From contig OZ076409.1 in the NCBI GenBank assembly GCA_964187785.1, forward strand, positions 79,052,001-79,116,000: a DNA stretch of 64,000 nt, written 5' to 3'. Position numbers and translations under genes: made by a program. Below, piece by piece: positions 1-14,118 of the stretch. Under the pieces are notes generated by a model. It did not search any database, had not been told where the DNA came from, and was given only the letters and a program-made list of their open reading frames with translations. Origin of the DNA: Amphiscolops sp. MND2022 (taxonomy: Eukaryota). How positions within the stretch are numbered: position 1 is the first letter of the stretch; each line of letters begins with the position of its first letter.

Positions 1-599
1 AAAAATTGGATGAAAAAAACAAAATCAACTTTTTCAATCCGAAATGTTCACCTTGAATCACTTTAGCATTGCACAGTCTTGAGGTATTCGTGAGGCACCG
101 TTCAATATACCAGTATCTACAAGGGATTGCTGTACAGGGTCGAAAAATTTTCGAAACGGACCACGTCATCTATCCCCCCCCAACACGAAAGCACATATTG
201 TTCTTAAACAAAAATATCTCACTAATAAGAGATTATTATAAGAATGTATATACTTAGAGGATTGCCTCTGCAACTGTTTGGACACTTCAGGCAAAAAATA
301 CCCTAATTTTTTGATATTATTCTCCAAAATGGCAAAAATTCACGCTTGGAATAAGATGAAATAGTATAAAAAGGCCCCTATTTCAACGCAAATTTTCTCT
401 GTGATAAAATCTAATGGGCAACTTTTAACTGACAGTCAATGTAATGGATAGGATCATGTCGACATCAATTGTTTTATTGGATTAATATTCTAACGCCAAC
501 GATGTCGACATAATGGTATTTGAACATTGTGACTTACATATTTTGTGGGGGGGGGAATCGATGACATGGTCCGACAAATGGTTTGAACAGCGGTACAAG

Positions 600-1600
600 G
601 ATCCGGATAACTGAGTGTCACTGAAAAAATTCACTGGAAAAACTACTGTAACCGACCGCCGATTGTACATCCAGAGTAAATTTGATCGGAATAGAATACA
701 GGTCAAGTGATCCATAGGCTTATAAAGTCATTATTGGTGAGCAAAAGACCTCCGGTTTTTAATAGCTTGGCCGATTAACACAATAGAGAACTTCAATACT
801 TATTTTGCCGAAGTAGGAGTGAATAAGATGGAGCGACAAAAAGTCCTATCAGGGCCAGGCGCAATGAGACGTCGGTACGACCGACAACCACAACAAAGTG
901 TATTCGCACACGCCCGACGGAAAAAAAGAGGTAAAGAAGGGATTGAAACTGATACTAAAGCGCGCATATATACTGCTACCGTCCCATGGAAGACGAGAGC
1001 GAAAATCCGGAGGACAAAATAGAACCCGAACCGGTTCATATGGAAATCTTCCCCACCTTTATTAAACTGCTTCAGGTCTACAATTAGCAGTTCGACAACC
1101 TGCCAATTGTAGACGTGCGGCAGTACAAACGGAAGGAAAGGAGGCTGACTACATACAATATATTCACATATTGAAAAAACTGTAAGGTAAAAAAGCCACC
1201 GAGTACAACATAACACAATCCGAATTTTGGTTCATGATGCATCTCACAAGCTTGATCTCTGAAACAACACCCGATGCAGAAATGACGAGGGTCAGGTCCA
1301 GCATGAGGACCGAACAAAAAGAAACAGCACCAAAAGGGTTCATACCGTCTTTCAAAAATAGTGGATAATGTGGTGTCTGCGATTCGTCGACGATCAAATA
1401 TATGTCCCAAGCGACTTGAGCAAAAGAGTAAAAGACATCTTTCAATTCGGCCAGGCAGAAACGATCACAATCATCGCTGAAGCCAAAAGTTTCTGGTGGC
1501 AGGAGATGAAGAGGGCGTTGAGCAAAAACTCAAGGTTTGCACTGCCTGCTCAGCCTCGCGCAAAAGTTCTAAATATCAATTACCGAAAACAAATTACGGA
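600..1600 (+). pseudogene. Decayed Gypsy pol fragment (RNase H-integrase linker and integrase zinc-binding region)
   Basis: FVDDQIYVPSDLSKRVKDIF...EAKSFWWQEMK, then after a frameshift KVCTAC...KYQLPK. Confidence 0.7.
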
Positions 1601-2238
1601 AAATAAATTTTTCGTACATCAAATATTCTAGTTTTCTTACTCGCACATTATTCATGTATTCTAGAATAGCTTTTACAAAAATGAATGCCTCCTTCAAGCG
1701 GTCATGTGCCATTGGAGCTCTTTTTTGGTGCGATATCGTACTGGTGCTGAAATGACTCACTAGTTACCATGGTACTGAAATTGAAGTAAGTCTTCATTGA
1801 ATGATCATCTTCGAAGCTGCTTTTCATCTGAAACCATATCATTAAAAACGTATAATTCAATTATCAGGAATAAAAATCCGACTTTGAAAAGCGTGCGACT
1901 TCGGAACTATAAATACAAATTAGCTGTTCAATAGCCTAATTTAAACCCCAGATGCCAATATTTAATTGGACAGAAATATGAATTTTCTTTAGGTTGAAAC
2001 TGGTTCGATTTTTTTGTGTTTCGATACAGCAATGCAACCAGACATTCACTAAACTGTGCAATTGTGAATTGTGAAATGGGCGACCGTCGAAGAAAGACTA
2101 TACATGTAGTGAACGTCAAATTGAAGGCTGATATGTTATGCTGTAATCACCTCACAGAAAGAAGAGATCAATTTGATATATCTTCCTTTCCGTTTCTGAT
2201 GACCATAAACATGTATCAATGGAACTTCTAGCAAAGTG

Positions 2239-2686
2239 AACAAGCCGGAACCGGCCCAAGTCGGCGCCATATCCAAGGCTCAAAAATAGCAAAAGGACAT
2301 CAAAGTTTCAAAGTTTTCTCTTCTACAGCACTAAAAAAACTTTTTTTTTGAAAAAAGTCTCCCAACGCCAAAAAAAAATTGAAAGGGACCCTTTGTGATT
2401 TTTCTAGACCCAGCAGTCTGTCGCAAAACTCAAAAAAAATTGAAGGGGGGACCCTTTCGGGAATTTTTTTCCGAAAAAATGTCTCGCAATGCCGAAAAAA
2501 TTGAAAGGCATTGTATGTTATGCGGCAAACTTTTTGGTTCTGTTCCCTGGGCCAACAGGTGAAATTTGAAATTTTGTAGATCTTTTTGTAGAACTATTTT
2601 GTCAGTTCAGGTGGTCTTTAAGAAAACACTGACAAAAAGCCATGACTATAGTCGACTCTTTTCTCTAGAAAAGCGCCGACTAAAAA
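2239..2686 (-). mobile_element. Non-autonomous Helentron-like element, family A, complete copy
   Basis: Minus strand reads T-run + AGTCGGCGC ... GCGCCGACT + hairpin GCCGG-TT-CCGGC + TTGTT. Confidence 0.8.
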
Positions 2687-3038
2687 TGCGCACATACTAA
2701 TGAGATGTGCGAATCACCAAAGTGATTGGGAATCACTCGCGATATCCGAATTACTTTGGAACACGTCCGGTCATATCGTTGCGTAGAATATAGCGCCTTT
2801 TTTGTATACATAAAATTTTTACAATAGCTCAAATGACAGACTTTTTCTCAGACATTATGATGTGTTGAAACAAAAATGTTCACCGATACTTATTCCATTC
2901 CTAAACTAGACCCGATAAACGTCTATCTGTATTGAAAAATTCATTGCTTGCATTTTTGCTTGCCTGTTTGTAATGGAAAACGTTGAGCAAAGTAGTTTTT
3001 CTCAACAATTTGCCCCCGAATATAACGCTTTGTATTCA

Positions 3039-3570
3039 AAAATTGGATGAAAAAAAAACAAAATCAACTTTTCCAATCCGAAATGTTCACCTTGAATCAC
3101 TTTAGCAATGCACAGTCTTGAGGTATTCGCGAGGCACCGTTCAATATACCAGTACTTGCAAGGGATTGCTGTACAGGGTCGAAAAGTTTGCGAAACGGAT
3201 TACGTCATCTATTCCCCCCAACACGAAAGCACATTTTGTTCTTAAACAAAAATATCTCACTAAAAAGAGATTAATATATGAATGTATATACTTAGAGGGT
3301 TGTCCCTACAACTGTTTGAACACTTCAGGTAAAAAAATTACCATAATTTTTAAATATTATTGTCCAATATAGCAGAAATTCACGTTTGTCACGTTTGGAA
3401 CAAGCTAAAATCGTATAAAAAGGCCCCTATTTCAGCGCAAATTTTGTCCGCTATAAAATCTAATGAGCAACTTTTAACTGACAGTCAATGTAATGGATAA
3501 GATTATGTCGACATCACTTAACTTATTGGACCAAAATTCCAACGTAAACGATGTCGACATAATGGTATGT
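3039..3570. repeat. Dispersed repeat, copy of 1-520 (partial third copy ~4180-4400)
   Basis: Direct sequence match, including a 14-bp inverted repeat ATTATGTCGACATC...GATGTCGACATAAT. Confidence 0.85.
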
Positions 3571-4409
3571 GAACCTTCTCTCTTATTTCCCCCTGCTTGT
3601 TTGGGGGGGGGGGGGGTGGGATAGATGAATAGATGACATGGTCCTGCGAAACTATTTAGAATCGAATTATGATATGACTTGATTTTATCTAGCAAACCGA
3701 AGCGACGTGCCACTAAATGAAATTCATTTGGAAAATTGAATTATTGATTGATTTTGCTTCGCGCCACCTAAGTTACCATCCTGCTGCGTAATTAGAAATA
3801 AATTATAAGGAATCAATATAGAAAACTTGGCATTCTAGACATGATAATTTTTTGATAGTTGTGGTATATAGTCTGATACATGTAGACAAAAATGAATGAA
3901 CTTCGTACGTTTAAATCGTGTCCAGATCACATATTTTTTCTTTTAATTAGTTATGCGATAGTCTGATACATGTAGACGAAAAGGAATGAACTACGTATGT
4001 CTGCGGCTGATAAAGGCGCATACCATACTACAGTCACAGGGTATTCCTTGGATTTGCGGGAAAAGATGGGCATCCTTGATTCAAAAAGCCTAAGCGAAAT
4101 TTCAAGAAGACACACAAATGGGACCATGTCATCTTCCCCCCCCCCCCAGGTACACCTTGTTGGGAATTCCCCCTCTTCCCTAAAATACCCTAATTTTTTG
4201 ATATTATTCTCCAAAATGGCAAAAATTCACGCTTGGAACAAGATGAAATAGTATAAAAGGCCCCTATTTCAACGCAAATTTTGTCCGCTATAAAATCTAA
4301 TGAGCAACTTTTAACTGACAGTCAATGTAATGGATAGGATTATGTCGACATCAATTGTTTTATTGGATTAATATTCTAACGCAAACGATGTCGACATAAT
4401 CCGGATAAC

Positions 4410-5390
4410 GATCCGGATAACTGAGTGTCACTGAAAAAATTACTGTAACCGACCGCAGATTGTACATCCACAGTAAATTTGATCAAAATAAAATACAGGT
4501 CAAGTGATCCATAGGCTTATAAAGTCATTATTGGTGAGCAAAAGACCTCCGGTTTTTAATAGCTTGGCCGGTTAACACAATAGAGAACTTCAATGCCTAC
4601 TTTGCCGAAGTAGGAGTGAATAAGATGGAGCGACGAAAGGCCCTATCAGGGCCAGGCGCAATGAGACGTCTGTACGACCGACAACCACAACAAAGTGTAT
4701 TCGCACACTCCCGACGGAAAAAAAAGAGGTAAAGAAGGGATTGACACTGATACTAAAGCGCACATATATACTGCTACCGTCCCATGGAAGACGACAGCAA
4801 AAATCCGGAGAACAAAATAGAACCCGAACCGGTTCATATGGAAATCTTCCCCACCTTTATTAAACTGCTTCAGGTCTACAATTAGCAGTTTGACAACCTG
4901 CCAATTGAAGACGTGTGGCAGTACAAACGGAAGGAAAGGAGGCTGACTACATACAAAATATTCACATAGTGAAAAAACTGTAAGGTAAAAAAAGCCACCG
5001 AGAACAACATAACACAATCCGAATTTTGGTTCACAAGCTTGATCTCTGAAACTACACCCGATGCAGAAATGACGAGGGTCAGGTCCAGCATGAGGACCGA
5101 ACAAATAGAAATAGCACCAAAAGGGTACATACCGGCTTTCAAAAATAGTGGATATTGTGGTGTCTGCGATTCGTCGACGATCAAATATATGTCCCAAGCG
5201 ACTTGAGCAACAGAGTAAAAGACATCTTTCAATTCGGCCAGGCAGAAACGATCACAATCATCGCTGAAGCCAAAAGTTTCTGGTGGCCGGAGATGAAGAG
5301 GGCATTGAGCAAAAACTCAAGGTTTGCACTGCCTGCTTAGCCTCGCGCAAAAGTTCTAAACATCAATTACCGAAAACAAATTACGGAAAC
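4410..5390 (+). pseudogene. Second copy of the decayed Gypsy pol fragment
   Basis: Near-identical to 600-1600; part of the 4180-5433 duplication of ~295-1648. Confidence 0.7.
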
Positions 5391-5757
5391 TAAATTTTTA
5401 GTACATTAAATATTCTAGTTTTCTTACTCGCACAATCAATCACATTTAATTTTTAGTCTGAACTTTTCTTTAGAATCATGACTTTTCGTCAGTTTTTTTC
5501 GATACACGTGAAGTGACCAAAATAGTTCTACCAAAAGTTCTACAAAATTTGAGGGAAGGCGCCAAATTGTATCTGTTGGCCCAGGGAACTGAACCAAAAA
5601 AGACTTCCCTTTTTTCGGGTAACATACAATACCGCGCAATACTAAAGAGTCCCCTCTATCAGTTTTTCCGGTATTGTGATATTTTTTTTTCGAATTTGTT
5701 CCCCAGAGGATTCACCCTTCAATTTTTTGGAATTTTGCGACAGAGTGGATGTGACGA

Positions 5758-6149
5758 CTGACGTTCGAGTCATTATTCTGGGTAGAGTTTATTTTAACTA
5801 GTTTAGTTGGAGTGTAGAAATTCCTCGTTCCGTTTTCTAGATCATCCTCAGGGTCTTCCCTAACGCTTCCATTTATTTTAGATTTTAGTAACTTCAGCAT
5901 CTCTCTTTGGGATTCCGCAAGAAGGTTCTTAATCTCCGAAGTGATTTCGTCCCTTAAAGAAGCTCTTAAACCTTCCAAGACGCTGTTTTCAATCCTTGGA
6001 GATTTTGCGTTCGATGTGCACGTGATCATGACGTCCTGATCTACTTGGACCTCGTTTCCTAACAAAACTGGCGACATCGAACCTTCGCTTACATTTTTGG
6101 TGCTCTCCTGTTCAACATTTGTCTTCTTTTGGCTTCTAGTTGTCGACAT
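5758..6149 (-). pseudogene. Truncated retroelement ORF N-terminus (gag-like coiled coil)
   Basis: MSTTRSQKK...KSPRIENSVLEGLRASLRDEITSEIKNLLAESQREMLKLL, with a homologous decayed copy at 24890-25125. Confidence 0.5.
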
Positions 6150-8280
6150 CTTGGAAGAAAGTTTTGTTTCAATTTTGAATTGAAATTCAGAGTTTCGTTT
6201 TAACAAAAGTTTGTGTCAGAATTAGTGAAAGCAAATCAACCGATTTCACCGAAGGCAAAATCACCGAGTCCCTTAAGCATCGTCACACCTCATATTTATA
6301 CCCTCTTAGCATCATTTGATCACAAATGAGTCTCTAATTTTCCTTGGACAAATAGTCATTTCTTGTTTTTTCAATGAAAAAATCATTTTGATCCTCAATT
6401 TGCATCAACATATCGACAAACTTTAAGACACGAAAGCCCTGATTTAGTGTTAGCCATCAGACATGATCATATCATTTCATTTCCGCGTCCTTTTTTTCCG
6501 CCCAAGCAGGAGATAGATTTTACTTTAGTCTATCAAACTGGAAATACTTCCCTGTTTTACTGCTTTGGTTCGCGGGAAAATTGACGCTGAGATGACGCCG
6601 ACGTGAACAACTAATACTCGATTTTGGAATTTGGCATGAAGAAAAATATGACTAATTCTAAAAATGACGATTTATGATGATGCTAGCATAAGGCAAAATG
6701 TGTTCCATTTAACAAGGACTTAATTGCTGTGATGTATTTTCTATTCACAATTAGTATAATCCTCATTTATCATATCACATAATAATAGGCAACGAGATGA
6801 CAGCGTCAGCATTTGTCACAACGAACTGGGTATTAGGCAACAAGGTAGCAATCGTCAACTACTAAAATAAACACAACAACTTCATTTAACAGCACTTTTT
6901 CAAAGACAACCTGTTCCATACAAACGCAGTATTAGCAGGTGTCTAAACAAAATCTTGATCTTTAGAACAGATCATTAAAATCCATATTCCAATTTCTACA
7001 AGAATGGGCGGGATTTTTTGACACGTCAACATGACGTCAGATCCCTGTAAATGTTATTTAGGGTCGTATAGAAGAAAACACCGGTACCGTATGATTCACG
7101 GCAGCACAGGTAAGAAGCACTTTGCACGGAAGCTTATCAACAACAATTATACATCGATTGGTACCAAATGGTGGTTATTGGAATCTCTGCAAATTAGTCT
7201 CAAATTTGACAATGACACAGTGACGACAATTTGAATAAGAGCCATCACGGGATTCACATTGGAAGTTTTATATAAAAGTACAAACATATGAAAATACACT
7301 TGTGGTATAAAACACATTCGCTTCACTTCGATCATAATCTGTGACTTTTACTTTTATTTCTTAGTAGTAAATGCTAGGAGCGTCTCTCTAGAAAATTTAC
7401 ATACTTGTCGACTTTAAAATGACGCGAAATTTGACTAGTACCCCGGTCAATACTTCCTCTTTAAGATATGTGAAAACAGATTGGTTACGAGATTTTACGT
7501 TAGTTATATTCAAGTATAGGCTTGGGAATATACACCTTTTCCTTATAAAATTACGGTGCTTTCAAATTAAATACTATTCAATCCCTTAATTTTCGTAAAC
7601 TTGTCAAGGTCATGACGAGTTTTCTTGGCAAATCTGATAATTTGATTATTTTGACGCAATGCTGAAGAGTATTTAGAACGAACTTCTAGCTAGCTGTCAA
7701 GGCCATGACGTCAGGCTGGCGGATATTTGGAATGATTCTCCAGTTGGCTGCCAAAGCAGTGACGTAGTGTTGGTGGATATTTGGATTGATTTTCTAGTTA
7801 GCGTAGACGGGACCGTGACGTCACTAAGCATTCTTTCAAACATGTCTGCGCCTTTGTGACGTTACGCATATGTTTATTCTCACCGCCATCTTTGTTTACT
7901 TAGCGCAATATCGTCGTTCTAAATCACACTAATTGCTGCTATTCAAATGCAATTAGCTAGCGTTGTTTTGACGAGACTTAAACCCTTTGAAGCTTTATTT
8001 TCTATTGGTTTTCTATTTTATATTTATATGATGTCTTTTATTTTACATAGATTTGGCTATGGTGTTCTTAACTTTAGTCTTTCAAATGTCGTTTAAATGT
8101 CTTCTTCTTGAAATAGTGTTTTAGATATGGTAATGAACATATTCTCGTCGTGGCTTAAACGTCTTAGAGGAAGTGCATGAAATCACTTTAGATTGATTAG
8201 TGTTCAGTAAACTTTATCATCTGAGAATCTGCGCGAGTCAAACGTGATTTCATATTTTCAGTCAGAGTTTATTTGCTAGA

Positions 8281-11200
8281 TTTTTGGGGCACGAGCGGAG
8301 CGAGATGCCCATATGGTGACAATTTTTTTTCGCAGATTTCGTGACATGTGCCAACTTTTCAAAACAGATACGTAGCTAAAAGTTGCGCAGGTTCCTGGGC
8401 TACATTTTCGTCGAAAAAAAATTCGGCTTCATGGTTTTTTATAAAAAGAAATTTTGAAAAAACGCTCTTTTTGACTGTTTTTTTTATGTTTGATCCCCTA
8501 TTTCTCAGAACCAGGACCAAATACAGAGTCCATGGTTTCGTGTAATTTACAAGCGTTTCATAGGCTACATTTTCGCTCAAAGTTGGCGTCAAAATTTTTT
8601 TCAGACTTGGTTTTTTGGGCAAAAAAATAGATGAAAAAAATGTCGAAAATTTTTTTCTCATTTGTAGCTCATATTTCTTAAAACTGACGAAAGATACAGA
8701 AACCATTCACCCTCAAGATAAACAGCAAGGATGTAAGCTATGTTTTGTACCAACAGAGTTTCCGTCATCACGTATGAAGCGTTCGTTTTTCTGCTAAAAA
8801 TACTTGTTTTTTTGAAAAATTTTCCTTTTTATTTTATACTTGGGCCCCTGTATCTCAAGACCGAGAACAAATACGCAGTCCATGGTTTCGTAATTTGTAC
8901 TAGGGCTCAGTAGGCTGCGTTTAAAACCAATAATGACGTCGAATTTTTTTTGCTCCGGTTTTTTGGGCAAATAAAGGGATGAAGAAGAAATTTGAAAAAT
9001 TTCCCGTTTTTTCATAATTTGTAATTGATTTTCCTCAGAACTGAAAAGAGATACGAAAAACCTTTGTCCTAGCCAAAAGTTGGATAGAATTGTTGGCTAC
9101 CTTTTCTTCGAAAAAAAATTTCAAAAAGAATTCGGCTTCCTGTTTTTTTTTGAAAAAAGTTTTGAATAGACGCAAATTTTTAGAGTGTTTCATCTTTCTT
9201 CCCTTATTTCTCAAAACCAAGACCAGATATAGGGTCCATGGTTTCGTATAATATACAAGCATTTTGTAGACTACCTTTTTGCTAAAAAATGACGTCAATG
9301 TTTTTTCCGACTGCGCTTTTTGGGCAAAAAAAGGGATGAAAAAATTTCGAAAATTTTTTTATCATTTGTAGCTCATATTTCTCAACACTGACGAAAGATA
9401 CAGAAACCATTCTTCCTCAAGACAAATAGCAAGGATGTGGGCTTTTTTGTACTTATCAAGTTTTCGTCATCAAGTATGACGCCTTCGTTTTTCTGATAAA
9501 AATACTTGATTTTTTTAAAAAAAAGTTTCTCAGTTCTTTTTTACTTGAGCTTGTATATCTGTATCCTGTATATCAGGACCGAGAACGAATACGGAGTCCA
9601 TGGTTTCGTAATGTGTACGAGGGTTCAGTAGACTATGTTTAAAGGTGAAAATGATGTCGACTTTTTTTTCACTCTGGTATTATTGGGCAAATAAATGGAT
9701 GAAGAAAAATTCGAAAAATTTCCATTTTTTCCCAAATTGTAACTGATTTTTCTCAGAAGTGAAAGTAGATACGAAAACCATTCTCCCTCACAGAGATATG
9801 CAAAGATGTAGGCTAGTTCTTGTACTATCAAAGTTCCGTCGTCATCAAGTATGACGCCTACGTTTTTCTGCTAAAATTACAATTTTCATTTTTCTCAAAC
9901 TTCAATTTCTCACCTTTTTTTTTAGTTCTTTCATCTAAATTTTCTTGATCTGAGACTAGATAAGTTCACTAGGTTTTGGAATCTGGGATATACACATTTT
10001 CTAGCACTTTTTGCTGACCATTGAATGTTTCTGCTCGTGCCCAAGCGCGACATGCCGTCGCGCCTATGTTTTTGGGGCACGAGCGGAGCGAGATGCCCTT
10101 ATGGTGACGTTTTTTTTCGCAGATTTCGTGACATGTGCCAACTTTTCAAACTTGTGCGGCAAATTTCTCAAGACCCATAACAGATACTGACACCATGTTT
10201 TCGCTAAAAGTTGCGCAGGTTCCTGGGCTACATTTTCGTCGAAAAAAAATCGAAAAAATTCGGCTTCATGGTTTTTTTAAAAAGAAGTTTTGAAAAAACG
10301 CTGTTTTTGACTGTTTTTTATGTTTGATCCCCTATTTCTCAGAACCAGGACCAAATACAGGGTCCATGGTTTCGTTTAATTTACAAGCGTTTCATAGGCT
10401 ACATTTTCGCTCAAAATTGGCGTCAAAATTTTTTTCAGACTTGGTTTTTTGGGCAAAAAAATGCATGAAAAAAATGTCGAAAAAGTTTTTCTCATTTGTA
10501 GCTCATATTTCTCAAAACTGACGAAAGATACAGAAACCATTCTCCTTCAAGATAAACAGCAAGGATGTAAGCTAGGTTTTGTACCAACAACGTTTCCGTC
10601 ATCACGTATGACGCGTTCGTTTTTCTGCTAAAAGTACTTTTTTTTGAAAAATTTTCATATTTATTTTATACTTGAGCCCCTATATCTCAAGACCGAGAAC
10701 AAATATGCAGTCCATGGTTTCGTAATTTGTACTAGGGCTCAGTAGGCTGCGTTTAAAACCAATAATGACGTCGAATTTTTTTGCTCCGGTTTTTTTGGGC
10801 AAATAAAGGGATGAAGAAGAAATTTGAAAAACTTCCCATTTTTTCATAATTTGTAACTGATTTTCCTCAGAACTGAAAAGAGATACGAAAAACCTTTGTC
10901 CTAGCCAAAAGTTGGGTAGAATCCTTGGCTACCTTTTCGTTGAAAAAAAATTTCAAAAAAAAATTTGGCTTCCTGGTTTTTTTCGAAAAAAGTTTTGAAT
11001 AGACGCAAATTTTTAGAGTGTTTCATCTTTCTTCCCTTATTTCTCAAAACCGAGACCAGATATAGGGTCCATGGTTTCGTATAATATACAAGCATTTTGT
11101 AGACTACCTTTTTGCTAAAAAATGACGTCAATGTTTTTTCCGACTGCGCTTTTTGGGCAAAAAAAGGGATGAAAAAATTTCGAAAATTTTTTTATCATTT

Positions 11201-13736
11201 GTAGCTCATATTTCTCAACACTGACGAAAGATACAGAAACCATTCTTCCTCAAGACAAATAGCAAGGATGTGGGCTTTTTTGTACTTATCAAGTTTTCGT
11301 CATCAAGTATGACGCCTTCGTTTTTCTGATAAAAATACTTGATTTTTTTTAAAAAAAAGTTTCTCAGTTCTTTTTTACTTGAGCTTGTATATCTGTATCC
11401 TGTATATCAGGACCGAGAACGAATACGGAGTCCATGGTTTCGTAATGTGTACGAGGGTTCAGTAGACTATGTTTAAAGGTGAAAATGATGTCGACTTTTT
11501 TTTCACTCTGGTATTATTGGGCAAATAAATGGATGAAGAAAAATTCGAAAAATTTCCATTTTTTCCCAAATTGTAACTGATTTTTCTCAGAAGTGAAAGT
11601 AGATACGAAAACCATTCTCCCTCACAGAGATATGCAAAGATGTAGGCTAGTTCTTGTACTATCAAAGTTCCGTCGTCATCAAGTATGACGCCTACGTTTT
11701 TCTGCTAAAATTACAATTTTCATTTTTCTCAAACTTCAATTTCTCACTTTTTTTTAGTTCTTTCATCTAAATTTTCTTGATCTGAGACTAGATAAGTTCA
11801 CTAGGTTTTGGAATCTGGGATATACACATTTTCTAGCACTTTTTGCTGACCATTGAATGTTTCTGCTCGTGCCCAAGCGCGACATGCCGTCGCGCCTATG
11901 TTTTTGGGGCACGAGCGGAGCGAGATGCCCTTATGGTGACGTTTTTTTTCGCAGATTTCGTGACATGTGCCAACTTTTCAAACTTGTGCGGCAAATTTCT
12001 CAAGACCCATAACAGATACGGACACCATGTTTTCGCTAAAAGTTGCGCAGGTTCCTGGGCTACATTTTCGTCGAAAAAAAATCGAAAAAATTCGGCTTCA
12101 TGGTTTTTTTAAAAAGAAGTTTTGAAAAAACGCTGTTTTTGACTGTTTTTTATGTTTGATCCCCTATTTCTCAGAACCAGGACCAAATACAGGGTCCATG
12201 GTTTCGTTTAATTTACAAGCGTTTCATAGGCTACATTTTCGCTCAAAATTGGCGTCAAAATTTTTTTCAGACTTGGTTTTTTGGGCAAAAAAATGCATGA
12301 AAAAAATGTCGAAAAAGTTTTTCTCATTTGTAGCTCATATTTCTCAAAACTGACGAAAGATACAGAAACCATTCTCCTTCAAGATAAACAGCAAGGATGT
12401 AAGCTAGGTTTTGTACCAACAACGTTTCCGTCATCACGTATGACGCGTTCGTTTTTCTGCTAAAAATACTTGTTTTTTTTTTGAAAAATTTTCCTATTTG
12501 TTTTATACTTGAGCCCCTATATCCCAACACCGAGAACAAATACGCAGTCCATGGTTTCGTAATTTGTGCTAGGGCTCAGTAGGCTGCGTTTAAAACCAAT
12601 AATGACGTCGAATTTTTTTTGCTCCGGTTTTTTGGGCAAATAAAGGGATGAAGAAGAAATTTGAAAAATTTCCCGTTTTTTCATAATTTGTAATTGATTT
12701 TCCTCAGAACTGAAAAGAGATACGAAAAACCTTTGTCCTAGCCAAAAGTTGGATAGAATTGTTGGCTACCTTTTCTTCGAAAAAAAATTTCAAAAAGAAT
12801 TCGGCTTCCTGTTTTTTTTTGAAAAAAGTTTTGAATAGACGCAAATTTTTAGAGTGTTTCATCTTTCTTCCCTTATTTCTCAAAACCAAGACCAGATATA
12901 GGGTCCATGGTTTCGTATAATATACAAGCGTTTCGTAGGCTACATTTTCGCTAAAAAATGACGTCAATGTTTTTTCCGACTGCGCTTTTTGGGCAAAAAA
13001 AGGGATGAAAAAATTTCGAAAATTTTTTTCTCATTTGTAGCTCATATTTCTCAACACTGACGAAAGATACAGAAACCATTCTTCCTCAAGACAAATAGCA
13101 AGGATGTGGGCTTTTTTTGTACTAATCAAGTTTTCGTCATCAAGTATTACGCCTTCGTTTTTCTGCTAAAAATACTTGATTTTTTCGAAAAAATTTCTCA
13201 GTTCTTTTTTACTCGAGCTTGTATATCTGTATCCTGTATATCAGGACCGAGAACGAATACGGAGTCCATGGTTTCGTAATTTGTACGAGGGTTCAGTAGG
13301 CTATGTGTAAAGGTAAAAATGACGTCGACTTTCTTTCGCTCAGGTATTATTGGGCAAATAAATGGATGAAGAAAAATTCGAAAAATCTCCATTTTTTCCC
13401 AAATTGTAACTGATTTTTCTCAGAAGTGAAAATAGATACGAAAACCATTCTCCCTCACAGAGTTATGCAAAGATATAGGCTAGTTCTTGTACTATCAAAG
13501 TTTCCGTCATCAAGTATGACGCCTACGTTTTTCTGCTAAAATTACAATTTTCATTTTTCTCAAACTTCAATTTCTCACCTTTCTTTTTAGTTCTTTCATC
13601 TAAATTTTCTTGATCTGAGACTAGATACGTTCACTAGGTTTTGGAATCTGGGATATACACATTTTCTAGCACCTTCTGCAGACCATTGAACGTTTCTGCT
13701 CGTGCCCAAGCGCGACATGCCGTCGCGCCTATGTTT
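8281..13736 (+). mobile_element. Head-to-tail trimer of a ~1.8-kb non-autonomous Helentron (HINE/DINE-1-like) element with internal ~355-bp repeats
   Basis: Units start at 8281, ~10069 and 11901 with TTTTT-GGGGCACGAGC and end with GCTCGTGCCC, the hairpin GCGCGAC-ATGCC-GTCGCGC and CTATGTT. GTCCATGGTTTCGT recurs four times per unit. Confidence 0.8.
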
Positions 13737-13839
13737 AAATAACCGAAATACGTTTTCGCAAACATTGCGGTGCATCCATGTCCTCGACCAAGGCCGATCC
13801 TTAAACAGTCGCAAGCCAGTCCGGAAGCGGACTGTGACA

Positions 13840-14118
13840 GTGGATGTTGAAAACTTCCAAAGGGTCTCCCTTTCAGTTTTTTGGCATTGTGAGATTTTGT
13901 TTATATTCTTTTTTCTCCACCAAAGGGTCCTCCCTTCAATTTTTAGATCATTTGCGACATAATAGATGAAAAATTTAAAAACCTCTCCCTGGCGCACCAA
14001 ATCGGTCCAACTTTTGTGTTTTACCGGCACTCTAGAAGAGAATACTTGACATTGTGAAGTCCTTTTGCTATTTTTGAGCCTTAGATATGGCGCGGACTTG
14101 GGCCGTTCCCGGCTTGTT
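13840..14118 (+). mobile_element. Family A Helentron-like 3' fragment
   Basis: Ends GATATGGCGCGGACTTGGGCCGTTCCCGGCTTGTT. Confidence 0.75.

Noticed and set aside
8348..13392. Repeated 60-115 aa ORFs
   Set aside because: Lys/Phe-rich translations of homopolymer-rich repeats, broken differently between copies.
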